Positions 8,261 to 16,930 of a stretch of 64,000 nucleotides of DNA are shown here, in pieces. Made by a program: the position numbers and the translations under genes. Origin of the DNA: a virus; IMG/VR virus record IMGVR_UViG_3300045988_135716, positions 96,001 to 160,000 of that record, one strand, 5' to 3'. The notes under the pieces are model-generated. The model saw nothing but the letters and a program-made list of their open reading frames with translations. It ran no database searches and was not told the origin of the DNA. Position 1 is the first letter of the stretch. Every line of letters begins with the position of its first letter.

Positions 8261-9352
8261 ATGAATAATAAAACATTTAATCCATTAAATGTAAGCAGTA
8301 AATTTGCAATCTGTGGGCTACCAATAAGAGTAGATACATATAAAACTTGTAGTTTTGGATGTAAATATTGCTTTTCAAATTACAGAAAGATTATGGAATT
8401 TGAGAAACAATTACAAGTAGCGAATATCAAATCTGTAGAAAGAAAACTGGATAAAATACTTAACAAGAAAGAAGTAAATCCTGAAAATTTCTTAGATGTA
8501 TTAATTTCACAAGGATATGACTGGCATTGTGGTGGAATGAGCGATCCATTTCAACCAGTAGAACAGAAACTTCAAATTACAAAACAGTTGATTGATATAA
8601 CAAATCAGTATGATATACATATTTTGTTTAGCACTAAATCTGATACAACTTATAATTGTGATATAAAACCAGAATTACATACATTTCAATTGTCTGTTAC
8701 TAACACTAATGATAGAGTAGATTTTGAGCCAAATGTACCAGATATTTCAAAAAGATACAAATTCTATAAATCTCTTAAAGAACGTGGATTTAAAGTAGGT
8801 ATTAGAATCCAACCGTTTATCCCAGATATTTCCACATTAGACATAATAGAAAAATTTAAAGATGCTGATCATTTCACAATTGAAGGATTGAAACTTGTTC
8901 CACAAAATAAGCAACATAAAGATTACTTGCTTGAATTAACAGGATTACATCATTCTGATTTTACACAAATGGGATTATTGAATTTAAAACCAGAAATAAG
9001 AAATGAATTATATAAGCCATTTATTGATAAGCTGCAAGAATATGGAATCTCATATAGTATTGCTGATAATGATTTACATCATTTAGGAACGTCAAAGTGT
9101 TGTTGTGGAGACACTTTGATACATAAAAGTACAGATTTTAATAATACGTCAATGATATGTAGATATGGAATCAACTATACAAGAGAACAGTTAAATAAAG
9201 AACTTAAAAGGTGTAGTGTTGATTGTTGTAAATGTAATCAGTTATTTACATCTAATAGGCAAGAAGGATGTGTAACAGTACAGGATTTTTATAATAAGAG
9301 GTTCGATAGAAAATCAAGTCCATTTAGTCCTAAATTTCTGTATCTAAATTAA
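8261..9352 (+). CDS. radical SAM enzyme, SplB/COG1533-like
   Basis: Contains the CSFGCKYC (CX3CX2C) motif and a GGMSDPFQPVE motif resembling the COG1533 G..tDpYQP.E motif. The C-terminus is Cys-rich. Confidence 0.7.
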   Translation: MNNKTFNPLNVSSKFAICGLPIRVDTYKTCSFGCKYCFSNYRKIMEFEKQLQVANIKSVERKLDKILNKKEVNPENFLDVLISQGYDWHCGGMSDPFQPVEQKLQITKQLIDITNQYDIHILFSTKSDTTYNCDIKPELHTFQLSVTNTNDRVDFEPNVPDISKRYKFYKSLKERGFKVGIRIQPFIPDISTLDIIEKFKDADHFTIEGLKLVPQNKQHKDYLLELTGLHHSDFTQMGLLNLKPEIRNELYKPFIDKLQEYGISYSIADNDLHHLGTSKCCCGDTLIHKSTDFNNTSMICRYGINYTREQLNKELKRCSVDCCKCNQLFTSNRQEGCVTVQDFYNKRFDRKSSPFSPKFLYLN

Positions 9353-9600
9353 AAATAATCGTCAGAAAAATCACCCCATCCTTCAGACATAGCTTTAGAA
9401 ATAAGTTCTAGCATAACAGCAAAAGATGGAATCCTTGCTTGCCCTCTTGATGGAATCATATTTCCATCGGATGTTCTCCAAATAAATCTATAACCTTCTT
9501 TTTCTTTATTATCTGAATATGGGTATATAACATGTTGTAAACATAAAAATTCCCCGTCTTTTGCTTGTTTTTTAATTTCGTTTAATATTTTTATTGTCAT
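9349..9600 (-). CDS. hypothetical protein (only minus-strand gene in the early region)
   Basis: Track ORF 9349..9606. The ATG at 9600 is 9 nt after AAGAGGA. It is convergent with the radical-SAM gene and overlaps it by 4 nt. Confidence 0.6.
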   Translation of the reverse strand: MTIKILNEIKKQAKDGEFLCLQHVIYPYSDNKEKEGYRFIWRTSDGNMIPSRGQARIPSFAVMLELISKAMSEGWGDFSDDYF

Positions 9601-9634
9601 AATCAATTATCCTCTTGAAATTTTTCTTAACTAA

Positions 9635-9663
9635 ATTAGATCATATTTTGTATAAAAAATCAA
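9635..9663 (-). promoter_or_regulatory. sigma-70-like promoter TTGATT-17-TCTAAT for 9349..9600
   Basis: Read directly on the minus strand. It is flanked by the 8-bp inverted repeat CCTCTTGA/TCAAGAGG. Confidence 0.5.
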
Positions 9664-9737
9664 GAGGTATATTGATTTATCAAAAAATCTATCATTACAA
9701 CCAAATAAAATGTTTATTAAGAAAGAAAGGGATAACA

Positions 9738-10004
9738 ATGAAATGTGTAAGTAAGAAACAATATGAATGCATAAAATTAACAAAGGAAAATTTAAAAGAA
9801 TTTTTAAGAATAGTTGAACCTTATCTTGATAGTAAATATGTCTTTATCCAAGATGATAATGATAAATATTGTCTTGTTAAACTTTTTAAAGTGGAGAAAT
9901 ATTATTTTTACAATGATTGGTATGTTTTCGATTGGGACGAAGCAACGTGGGGACGTTATACAGACGAAGAATTTAAAGAAGAATTTGAATTATTAGATGA
10001 ATAA
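9738..10004 (+). CDS. hypothetical protein
   Basis: Internal ATG of track ORF 9615..10004, following AAAGGGA. Confidence 0.5.
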   Translation: MKCVSKKQYECIKLTKENLKEFLRIVEPYLDSKYVFIQDDNDKYCLVKLFKVEKYYFYNDWYVFDWDEATWGRYTDEEFKEEFELLDE

Positions 10005-10016
10005 AGGAATAAATAA

Positions 10017-10424
10017 ATGAGAATATTTGATGAAAATAATTATTGTATACAACCAGTGCTAAATGTTGCTGATTTATCGGATGATAAAATTGTAATCTTA
10101 TATCCGAAAGAATTTATTGGTGATCCAGTATTAGAAGAAAATATTCCTAAAATGATTTCAGTAGTTAGAGAATATATTAAAGAGTTTGAATCATATTTAA
10201 TGTTTAAAAATATGATAGGAAATGCTAGATGGGATTCAGAGAAACTTAAATATGGCAATATAGCCTATGAGCACCAGGAAAAAGCAGATAAATTAGCAGA
10301 AAAAATGAACGAAGGTATTAGCCCTTATGGTTGGTATATTAATAAAGTAAATGATAAATTAGCGTTCAATGGAATTTCACAAGAAGTTGATTACGCCGTA
10401 TGTTTAGAAAAGATTGAAAGGTGA
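10017..10424 (+). CDS. hypothetical protein
   Basis: Track ORF. Confidence 0.55.
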   Translation: MRIFDENNYCIQPVLNVADLSDDKIVILYPKEFIGDPVLEENIPKMISVVREYIKEFESYLMFKNMIGNARWDSEKLKYGNIAYEHQEKADKLAEKMNEGISPYGWYINKVNDKLAFNGISQEVDYAVCLEKIER

Positions 10425-10502
10425 TTCACGATAGAAATTAAATTAAAAAATGGAAGTAAATTAGAGAATATAGAATCAAAAGATAGTAAACGTAGTAATT
10501 CC

Positions 10503-10685
10503 ATGAGAATTAAATTTGGAGAATGGGAAACTACAACACAAGAAAATTCAGAAGAAGTAATGAAGAAACAAATTTTATATTATCAGGAGCACCCAGAAGA
10601 ATTTCTTGAATTGATGGGGCATGATTTACACTTGTATTGGTATCAGAAATTATGGATAAAGTTTTTAGCAAAAATTGGGAGGTAA
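10503..10685 (+). CDS. hypothetical protein (may begin at ATA 10431 or continue from 10017 across a TGA)
   Basis: Track ORF with no SD before the ATG. The frame is open back to the TGA at 10422-10424. Confidence 0.45.
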   Translation: MRIKFGEWETTTQENSEEVMKKQILYYQEHPEEFLELMGHDLHLYWYQKLWIKFLAKIGR

Positions 10686-10688
10686 ATT

Positions 10689-10913
10689 ATGAATTTCGCA
10701 AGCGCATTATTTTCACTTAAAAGAGGACACAAAATCAGGAGAAAACATTGGACAGGTTGGTGGGAACTGGATGGTAATGAAGTTATGATGCACTGTCATG
10801 ATGGTAGAATTATCAATATCAGAGATTCAGAAGATATTACATATACAATCGAGAACATGGCATGCGATGATTGGACTATTGCTGATAATTGTGGAGTAAA
10901 GGGAGAAATTTAG
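10689..10913 (+). CDS. DUF2829 (Tad2-like) protein
   Basis: The N-terminus MNFASALFSLKRGHKIRRKHWTG and the C-terminal DDWTI match the remembered DUF2829 pattern. Confidence 0.65.
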   Translation: MNFASALFSLKRGHKIRRKHWTGWWELDGNEVMMHCHDGRIINIRDSEDITYTIENMACDDWTIADNCGVKGEI

Positions 10914-10917
10914 ATCA

Positions 10918-10937
10918 GATGAAAGTTCCCTTTCATC
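10918..10937 (+). repeat. intercistronic stem-loop GATGAAAG-TTCC-CTTTCATC
   Basis: Perfect 8-bp stem, 5 nt after the upstream TAG stop. Confidence 0.7.
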
Positions 10938-11011
10938 GTAAAAAATAGGTCTTTTGAGGTGTATTTTTGATTGAAATATGCCTTAAAAGGCACATATGAG
11001 GTGATAAATGG

Positions 11012-11185
11012 ATGAATAATGTTAAAGTTACAAAGCAATTTGTGGAATATTCGAAGAGATTAGCGGAAGATATTCTTGGATTTAATCAATGTTGTAGTCA
11101 CGGTCGTACAGATAGCGAAAGAAATAGAAAACTAAGATACCATATTAAACGTTGTGAGAAATTGCTTAATGAAATGGAGAAGTGA
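11012..11185 (+). CDS. 57-aa hypothetical protein
   Basis: Translates as MNNVKVTKQFVEY...NEMEK and follows a GAGGTGA SD. It fills the gap before 11189. Confidence 0.45.
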   Translation: MNNVKVTKQFVEYSKRLAEDILGFNQCCSHGRTDSERNRKLRYHIKRCEKLLNEMEK

Positions 11186-11188
11186 TAT

Positions 11189-11560
11189 ATGAATTATATA
11201 AAACGTGGGATTAAAGTATCTTTATGTTTTTATGGTAATTCTCAGACAAAATATTTTATGAACGAAAAAAATGAATTTACGATTAATGGGAAACCTACGT
11301 TCCAACATATAGAGGGGTTTCAAATGTGGATTCCACCAGAAAAAAGAAGTTTTACTTTAGTCCCTGATTATAGTTACAAAAATTATAAACATATTAGAAA
11401 CTATGAAGAATTACTATATCATGCAATTATGGATGGAAATAATGCAGAAAAGTTTGGAAGAAATTGTGTACATGCTATTGAAGATTATATGAAATCTTAT
11501 GGTATCAATTACATTCCAAAATATTCAATTGAATTTGAACGATGTGATATTGTGGAGTGA
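11189..11560 (+). CDS. hypothetical protein
   Basis: Track ORF. Confidence 0.55.
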   Translation: MNYIKRGIKVSLCFYGNSQTKYFMNEKNEFTINGKPTFQHIEGFQMWIPPEKRSFTLVPDYSYKNYKHIRNYEELLYHAIMDGNNAEKFGRNCVHAIEDYMKSYGINYIPKYSIEFERCDIVE

Positions 11561-11567
11561 ATGGTGT

Positions 11568-11741
11568 ATGAGAGGTCAACGAGCAGAATTAAAAATTATA
11601 GATGATTCATTTGACAATTGGTGTATTGAACATGAAGAGGAAATAAATGAAATTTTACAGCCATTTTTTAAAACATCCGATGAGGTCAAAGAATTTAAAA
11701 ATCAGTTTATTTATATGTCATCTAAAGGAGAAATGAAATGA
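11568..11741 (+). CDS. hypothetical protein
   Basis: Internal ATG of track ORF 11499..11741, following GGAGTGA. Confidence 0.45.
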   Translation: MRGQRAELKIIDDSFDNWCIEHEEEINEILQPFFKTSDEVKEFKNQFIYMSSKGEMK

Positions 11742-12007
11742 TTCTGATTGAAGGTAATTGGGAAGAAGTTAATGATCTTCAAGATGCTGCTTGTCTTGTA
11801 AGAAGTTATTACAATTCGGATTTGGCGGATGAGATTGAGAAGCTAACACCGATACATAGCGATGAAGAATATCAGGAATTGTTAGATAAAGTTTATGATT
11901 TAGAAAAAGAAAACGAAGATTTGCAAGATGAAAATTGTTCTTTAGATTCGAAGAATGATATGTTAAGAGAGAAAATTGAGCAGTTAGAAGATATACTAGA
12001 AAGTTGA
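11738..12007 (+). CDS. acidic coiled-coil protein
   Basis: Track ORF with an ATGA overlap. Confidence 0.55.
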   Translation: MILIEGNWEEVNDLQDAACLVRSYYNSDLADEIEKLTPIHSDEEYQELLDKVYDLEKENEDLQDENCSLDSKNDMLREKIEQLEDILES

Positions 12008-12040
12008 ATTTTTCATTTCATGGAAAGGAGAAATGACATT

Positions 12041-12325
12041 ATGGGTTGTCCAGAAAATTCTTATGAGCGAATGTGTAGAGAAATAGACAGGATTATGTCT
12101 GATAAACCTAATACGAATTTTGATATTTCATTTGATGAGGTATTAAATCGAGTTAAAGCATATGAACATAATCCTAATTTTTATTATAATAGTGGAATAG
12201 CTGCTAGAAATGTTTTTTGTGATATTGCTGAAAACGAAGGAAATGATGCTTTTAATGCAGCATGTGCTGGATTGTATATGTTTGAAGAATTGATTGGGTT
12301 ACACAAAGGGGATGAAGATATATGA
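12041..12325 (+). CDS. hypothetical protein
   Basis: Internal ATG of track ORF 12020..12325, following GGAAAGGAG. Confidence 0.5.
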   Translation: MGCPENSYERMCREIDRIMSDKPNTNFDISFDEVLNRVKAYEHNPNFYYNSGIAARNVFCDIAENEGNDAFNAACAGLYMFEELIGLHKGDEDI

Positions 12326-12912
12326 ATTCGACAGAACAAGATAATATAAATTTCCTGCTTAACAAATATAAAGATATAGTCAAAAATGATGATGGTTCAT
12401 TTAGATTGGCTCATCGTTGTATTCCTGGTGATAATGATAGCTATGTCAAATTTGTATACACAGGTAGACACAATTATAATGAACTTGAACATAACTGTTA
12501 TTGTCATAAATGTAAATATTGTGAATTAAATCATCCATTTAATTACTGTCTTCTAAGAACAACTCTTGAAAACTCATCTATTAAAGTTCCTACGCATTAT
12601 GTTGCTAATTGTGACGCATATGATCCAATAGAATATCTCAATATCATTCGTAATAAAAGTGAAATGATTACCTTCATAGAAATGATTCAACAATATTTTG
12701 GCAGTCCTGAGTATTGCGAAAAATATTTTGGATTTAATACAAATGTAGATGATGATACAGGAGAAGTTTTAGAGACAATTAGAGAATATTATGAACGTGA
12801 TGGAGAATTTAATAATATACCAGATAAATACCCATGTGTAATTTATTTTCCAATTGACGATATAGACATTCACAAGAAACTAGAATGGATTTATATAGGA
12901 GAATCAGCATGA
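12322..12912 (+). CDS. Cys-rich hypothetical protein
   Basis: Track ORF with an ATGA overlap. Confidence 0.55.
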   Translation: MNSTEQDNINFLLNKYKDIVKNDDGSFRLAHRCIPGDNDSYVKFVYTGRHNYNELEHNCYCHKCKYCELNHPFNYCLLRTTLENSSIKVPTHYVANCDAYDPIEYLNIIRNKSEMITFIEMIQQYFGSPEYCEKYFGFNTNVDDDTGEVLETIREYYERDGEFNNIPDKYPCVIYFPIDDIDIHKKLEWIYIGESA

Positions 12913-13520
12913 AGAAAACATTAGTTATTAGTGCTTATACCTGTTGCGGTAAAACATATGCAAGTGAACACATAAAAGATTATGATATCTTGGATGTTGA
13001 TATTCGTAAATTTAAGACCATAAAGCGATTACCAAACGAAGAAGAAATTGAAAAAGAACGTCAATGGTGGGAATCAAGTCTGCATCTTATGTCTACAGAA
13101 GCACATCTAAATCAATTCAAACAACAAATTATCAGTGTCGATAATCCAAATTTTCCAGACAATTTTATCCAATATATAAAAGAGAATATAGGTAAAGTAG
13201 ACGTTATATTTGTAGATAGCGACGTTAGGATTAGACAATGGCTTAATGAAGCAAAAATTAAATTTGTAACGGTTTATCCTCGGAATAGTTGTTTGTGTGA
13301 ATGGGTTGGAAGAATGTATTTACAGGATTATCCTGATTTGATTATCAGAAACAAAATTAATGGATGGCATCATGAGGTATACCCTGTTAAAGAGCCATAT
13401 GGAGATCAACTAATTCGATTGTCTCACGGAAAATACATTAGTGAGAAATTTATTGATGATTGTTTTATTTTAGGCTATGGAATAAATGGAGGATTAGAGA
13501 ATGAAAGTAATTCAAAATAA
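12909..13520 (+). CDS. P-loop NTPase/kinase-like protein
   Basis: Internal ATG following AGGAGAA. Contains a Walker-A-like AYTCCGKT motif. Confidence 0.5.
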   Translation: MKKTLVISAYTCCGKTYASEHIKDYDILDVDIRKFKTIKRLPNEEEIEKERQWWESSLHLMSTEAHLNQFKQQIISVDNPNFPDNFIQYIKENIGKVDVIFVDSDVRIRQWLNEAKIKFVTVYPRNSCLCEWVGRMYLQDYPDLIIRNKINGWHHEVYPVKEPYGDQLIRLSHGKYISEKFIDDCFILGYGINGGLENESNSK

Positions 13521-14004
13521 TTATAAAAATATACCAAGAAATCCGCAACAATTACCAGAACAAACTAAACCAAAAATAGAAAAAGTAAAAATAAAATGTG
13601 AGAATTGCGGATCAATTCTTGAAGTGTTAAGAGAAGATACTCATATAGGATACTTAGGATTACCCCATGTCACCTGTCCATGCTGCGATTACGAGATGGA
13701 CGTTGAAGAATTTGACGATGATTCTATTGATATTTATGTATCAAACGTAAAATATCCTACGCATTTTACTGTATCAAGTAAAGATTTTAGAGCTATTGAA
13801 GTTTCAGATGAAGAAATTAATAAATGGATTCAACAAGGAATTGAATATTTTAGAGGAAACCCAGAAGCATATTCTTATTTTATGGGTTCTGGTAACAGTA
13901 TGATACATATGTACAAATTCGATGAGGATAAAGAATACTATGTCGTAGTGTCAAAAGATTATGAATCAGGTAAAATTGAGTTTGATAAAGAAGATTGTGT
14001 ATGA
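13501..14004 (+). CDS. zinc-ribbon protein
   Basis: Track ORF with CENCG...CPCC motifs. Confidence 0.55.
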   Translation: MKVIQNNYKNIPRNPQQLPEQTKPKIEKVKIKCENCGSILEVLREDTHIGYLGLPHVTCPCCDYEMDVEEFDDDSIDIYVSNVKYPTHFTVSSKDFRAIEVSDEEINKWIQQGIEYFRGNPEAYSYFMGSGNSMIHMYKFDEDKEYYVVVSKDYESGKIEFDKEDCV

Positions 14005-14225
14005 GTAAAAAAAATAAAATCAAAGGTAAATGTCCTAGATGTGGTTCTAAATTAGAGATGGGTTTATTGTGTTATGAATTTTCATATATGGACAAACCAG
14101 AAGTCACAGAACTTTTACCAATATGTACAAATGATAATTGCGATGAATCGTGTGGATATGGTAGTGAAATCAGATATAGATGGATCAACCATAGGACAGT
14201 AAAAATTGATGGATTATGGGACTAA
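14001..14225 (+). CDS. zinc-ribbon protein
   Basis: ATGA overlap with the upstream gene. Contains CPRCGS...CTNDNC motifs. Confidence 0.5.
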   Translation: MSKKNKIKGKCPRCGSKLEMGLLCYEFSYMDKPEVTELLPICTNDNCDESCGYGSEIRYRWINHRTVKIDGLWD

Positions 14226-14261
14226 TTAAAACTCTGATTTCATAGAGAAAGTGAGAACATT

Positions 14262-14570
14262 ATGAGTATAAACGAAGATTTTCAAATTCTTGCGAAAAAG
14301 TTGGACAATTGTGAACTACTTACTAATTACAATCTGAATGTATTAAATGAAGATATGATGTTGTTACAAAATGCTTTTATTGGAGCGTTAGTTGCAAGAG
14401 ATATTTCTGAAATGGAACGCTTATTGAATAATATAAAAGAACTTGCATACAGAATGAGGAATACATTAAAGAGAACAGAATCAATAGAATCACCAGATGT
14501 ATTGGCTTCAAAATTTGTAGCGACTTATGATATTTTTGAGAAGATTTCAAAGATTCAAACAAAGAAATAA
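14262..14570 (+). CDS. hypothetical protein
   Basis: Track ORF with an AAAGTGAG SD. Confidence 0.55.
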   Translation: MSINEDFQILAKKLDNCELLTNYNLNVLNEDMMLLQNAFIGALVARDISEMERLLNNIKELAYRMRNTLKRTESIESPDVLASKFVATYDIFEKISKIQTKK

Positions 14571-14573
14571 ATA

Positions 14574-14640
14574 GTGTAGACATGGTGTGATTCTATATGT
14601 AGAAATATAGAATGGTAGGGTTCAAGTCCCTACCTACACA
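14574..14640 (+). ncRNA. tRNA-like RNA lacking a D-arm
   Basis: The acceptor-like helix pairs GTGTAG (14574-14579) with CTACAC (14634-14639). The T-arm is TAGGG-TTCAAGT-CCCTA (14616-14632). An 8-bp hairpin TTCTATAT/ATATAGAA has a 6-nt loop GTAGAA. The element lies in a 100-nt intergenic gap. Confidence 0.55.
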
Positions 14641-14670
14641 TTCAAAAATAAATATGAAAGGAGAATAATT

Positions 14671-15459
14671 ATGGCAAATATACCGCCAAAGAATCAAAGA
14701 TTTGAAAGTGGCGAAATTGTGTTTTGGTGTCATCAATGTGGACATAAATATTCAGTTCATTATGGAATTGTAGATGAACAGTATAAATTTGGCGTTTATA
14801 TTGATTATCTCTCACCAAGAGAACGTAGAAGAATCTATTCTGACTATGTAAAAGGTATTCCGATTGATGAATTTGAAACAGAACAAAGATTTCACAAACT
14901 TCCTAAGAATTGGAGTTATGATACAAAGCTATTTGAGATTAAACAAGATCCATTAACAGATGAAGAGATTAATTTTAAATTGGACATTAACAAACCAGAA
15001 ACATTAAAAGAAGCATATAATAAAGGATTCTTAGTAAAACGTGCGAAAATCTTTCATGGAGAAATTCGTTCAGAGATTACTAATGATGGTTGGAGAATAC
15101 ATAAAGGGTATCCGCAAGATTTGGGAATCAATAGGACTCCAAATTATACAACTATAACTTGCTCAAAAGTATATCGCACATATGATGAAGCACAGAAAGA
15201 AGTAGATGAACATATTGCGGAATATAAACGTCAAGCTGCTTTATCTGATTACGATTGGTCTGTTGAGCAGATTGATAAGATATTAGGTTATTATAAGAAC
15301 ATTTGCGATTTAACTGATAGTGAAGTAAAACAGTATCGTGATTGGATATTATCACAAGATGATATAGAGAATATAGAAGTAAGAATCCATTTCGGAAATC
15401 TCGAATTTCGAAATTGGAACAAACATAAGAAATGGCATGGTATAGAAACTAATATGTGA
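14671..15459 (+). CDS. hypothetical protein
   Basis: Track ORF with an AAGGAGAA SD. Confidence 0.6.
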   Translation: MANIPPKNQRFESGEIVFWCHQCGHKYSVHYGIVDEQYKFGVYIDYLSPRERRRIYSDYVKGIPIDEFETEQRFHKLPKNWSYDTKLFEIKQDPLTDEEINFKLDINKPETLKEAYNKGFLVKRAKIFHGEIRSEITNDGWRIHKGYPQDLGINRTPNYTTITCSKVYRTYDEAQKEVDEHIAEYKRQAALSDYDWSVEQIDKILGYYKNICDLTDSEVKQYRDWILSQDDIENIEVRIHFGNLEFRNWNKHKKWHGIETNM

Positions 15460-15467
15460 GGTGGATT

Positions 15468-15653
15468 ATGAGAAATATAGATAGATTTAGAGCAATGTCA
15501 CTTGAAGAACTTGCACCATATTTAGTTTATAGAACTATGATCAATAAATCAGAAGTTTGGTGTAGTCCTAGTGGATATACGTTTAGTAATAAAGATGCTG
15601 CGATTGAGAATTGTATTCATTGGTTAGATAAAGAATATCATAAGGAGAATTAA
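15468..15653 (+). CDS. hypothetical protein
   Basis: Internal ATG following GAGGTGG. Confidence 0.5.
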   Translation: MRNIDRFRAMSLEELAPYLVYRTMINKSEVWCSPSGYTFSNKDAAIENCIHWLDKEYHKEN

Positions 15654-15697
15654 AAGATAAGAGTAAATAAATTCTGAATTTCATGGAGAATAAAAAA

Positions 15698-16114
15698 ATG
15701 GGAGAAGATAATAAAGAGATTAATGAAATACATTTAACGAATGGTGACAATCCAATTATGCAAATTACTGATATTCAAGATGGTGATTTGAAATATGAAT
15801 ACAATACAAAATATAAAGCACGATTAAATAAATTTGATGGTTCATTTTGTATTAATGTATCTGAGCCAATTGATTATAAAAAGATACATAAGCTTTTTGG
15901 TATTGATGAATCTAAGATTACTGATAAATACGATATGAAAGTTTCAAAACTTATTCCATGTAAATGGCACAAAAAGAAGAGAATTAATAAAAAGATGCTA
16001 AAGAAACATGGACATCCAAATTATGTTCATAGATTTGAAATTGTAAAAGGGTGGAAGTTAAATGCATACACAAATGGAGAATTTGAATTTGCCAAGGATG
16101 GTGATAAGTTATGA
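15698..16114 (+). CDS. hypothetical protein
   Basis: Internal ATG of track ORF 15683..16114, following GGAGAA. Confidence 0.5.
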   Translation: MGEDNKEINEIHLTNGDNPIMQITDIQDGDLKYEYNTKYKARLNKFDGSFCINVSEPIDYKKIHKLFGIDESKITDKYDMKVSKLIPCKWHKKKRINKKMLKKHGHPNYVHRFEIVKGWKLNAYTNGEFEFAKDGDKL

Positions 16115-16296
16115 AAGATGTTAAAATTGCAAGATTTGTAGAATTAATCATTAAAGGCAAAACAGCAATCGAAGCTGCGAGAGAATCCGGTATATCACAT
16201 TTACTAATGGATGAAGTATTGACAGAATTATCAAAAGAAGATTATGAATCTGATTGGGATAAATTAGCAAAGGCAATTATGGGAGAGTGTATATGA
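16111..16296 (+). CDS. small HTH-like protein
   Basis: Track ORF. The segment GKTAIEAARESGISHLL is helix-turn-helix-like. Confidence 0.45.
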   Translation: MKDVKIARFVELIIKGKTAIEAARESGISHLLMDEVLTELSKEDYESDWDKLAKAIMGECI

Positions 16297-16646
16297 TTAA
16301 AAATGAAAAAGATAGTGTTTATTTAATCAATCATTCATATGGAGAAGTAATAGATGGAATTACATGGGATGAATCTTCCGCAAAATTCCTGGTAGATAAG
16401 CTCAATGAGAGATGTAAAAAAGTAAATAAATGTATTAAATGTAGAAAAAGCAATTTTAAAATTGGTGAAGAAACGTGTGATAAAGCAGAAATCTATTTTA
16501 GTAGCAATGGATATGGTAGTAGATGTGCTGTATATTGCGTCAATGATGTTACTGATAAATTAAATAAAGATTATATTGAATCACCATATGAGTATCATTA
16601 TCAGAAGATTGACGTACTTGATGTGAAGAAAATGTTAGGAGAATAA
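16293..16646 (+). CDS. hypothetical Cys-containing protein
   Basis: ATG 6 nt after GGGAGAG. Confidence 0.5.
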   Translation: MIKNEKDSVYLINHSYGEVIDGITWDESSAKFLVDKLNERCKKVNKCIKCRKSNFKIGEETCDKAEIYFSSNGYGSRCAVYCVNDVTDKLNKDYIESPYEYHYQKIDVLDVKKMLGE

Positions 16647-16651
16647 GATTT

Positions 16652-16915
16652 ATGATTAGTGCAAAAGAAGCAAGAGAATTAAGTAAAAGAAATACAGAAT
16701 ATAATGATAAATTAAAAAATTATATTAATAAAATAGACAATGAAATACGAAAACATGCTTCATACTCAGAAGATGATGCAATTCAATGGACAATTTCAAA
16801 ACCAGAACCATTTAGAACGTTATCAAAAGATTTAGAAGATGTTTTAAGAAAAAATGGTTATGATTTTGCTGTAAAATATGAAAAAGACCATAGTATAATT
16901 CAAATTTCTTGGTAA
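16652..16915 (+). CDS. hypothetical protein
   Basis: Track ORF with an AGGAGAA SD. Confidence 0.55.
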   Translation: MISAKEARELSKRNTEYNDKLKNYINKIDNEIRKHASYSEDDAIQWTISKPEPFRTLSKDLEDVLRKNGYDFAVKYEKDHSIIQISW

Positions 16916-16930
16916 ATGGAGAATAAATAA

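Noticed and set aside
14574-14640. The tRNA-like element as a suppressor tRNA that would read the in-frame stops.
   Set aside because: The loop GTAGAA contains no UCA, UUA or CUA anticodon preceded by U33. The loop size (6 or 8 nt) and the missing D-arm are incompatible with a decoding tRNA. The reverse strand lacks a T-loop.
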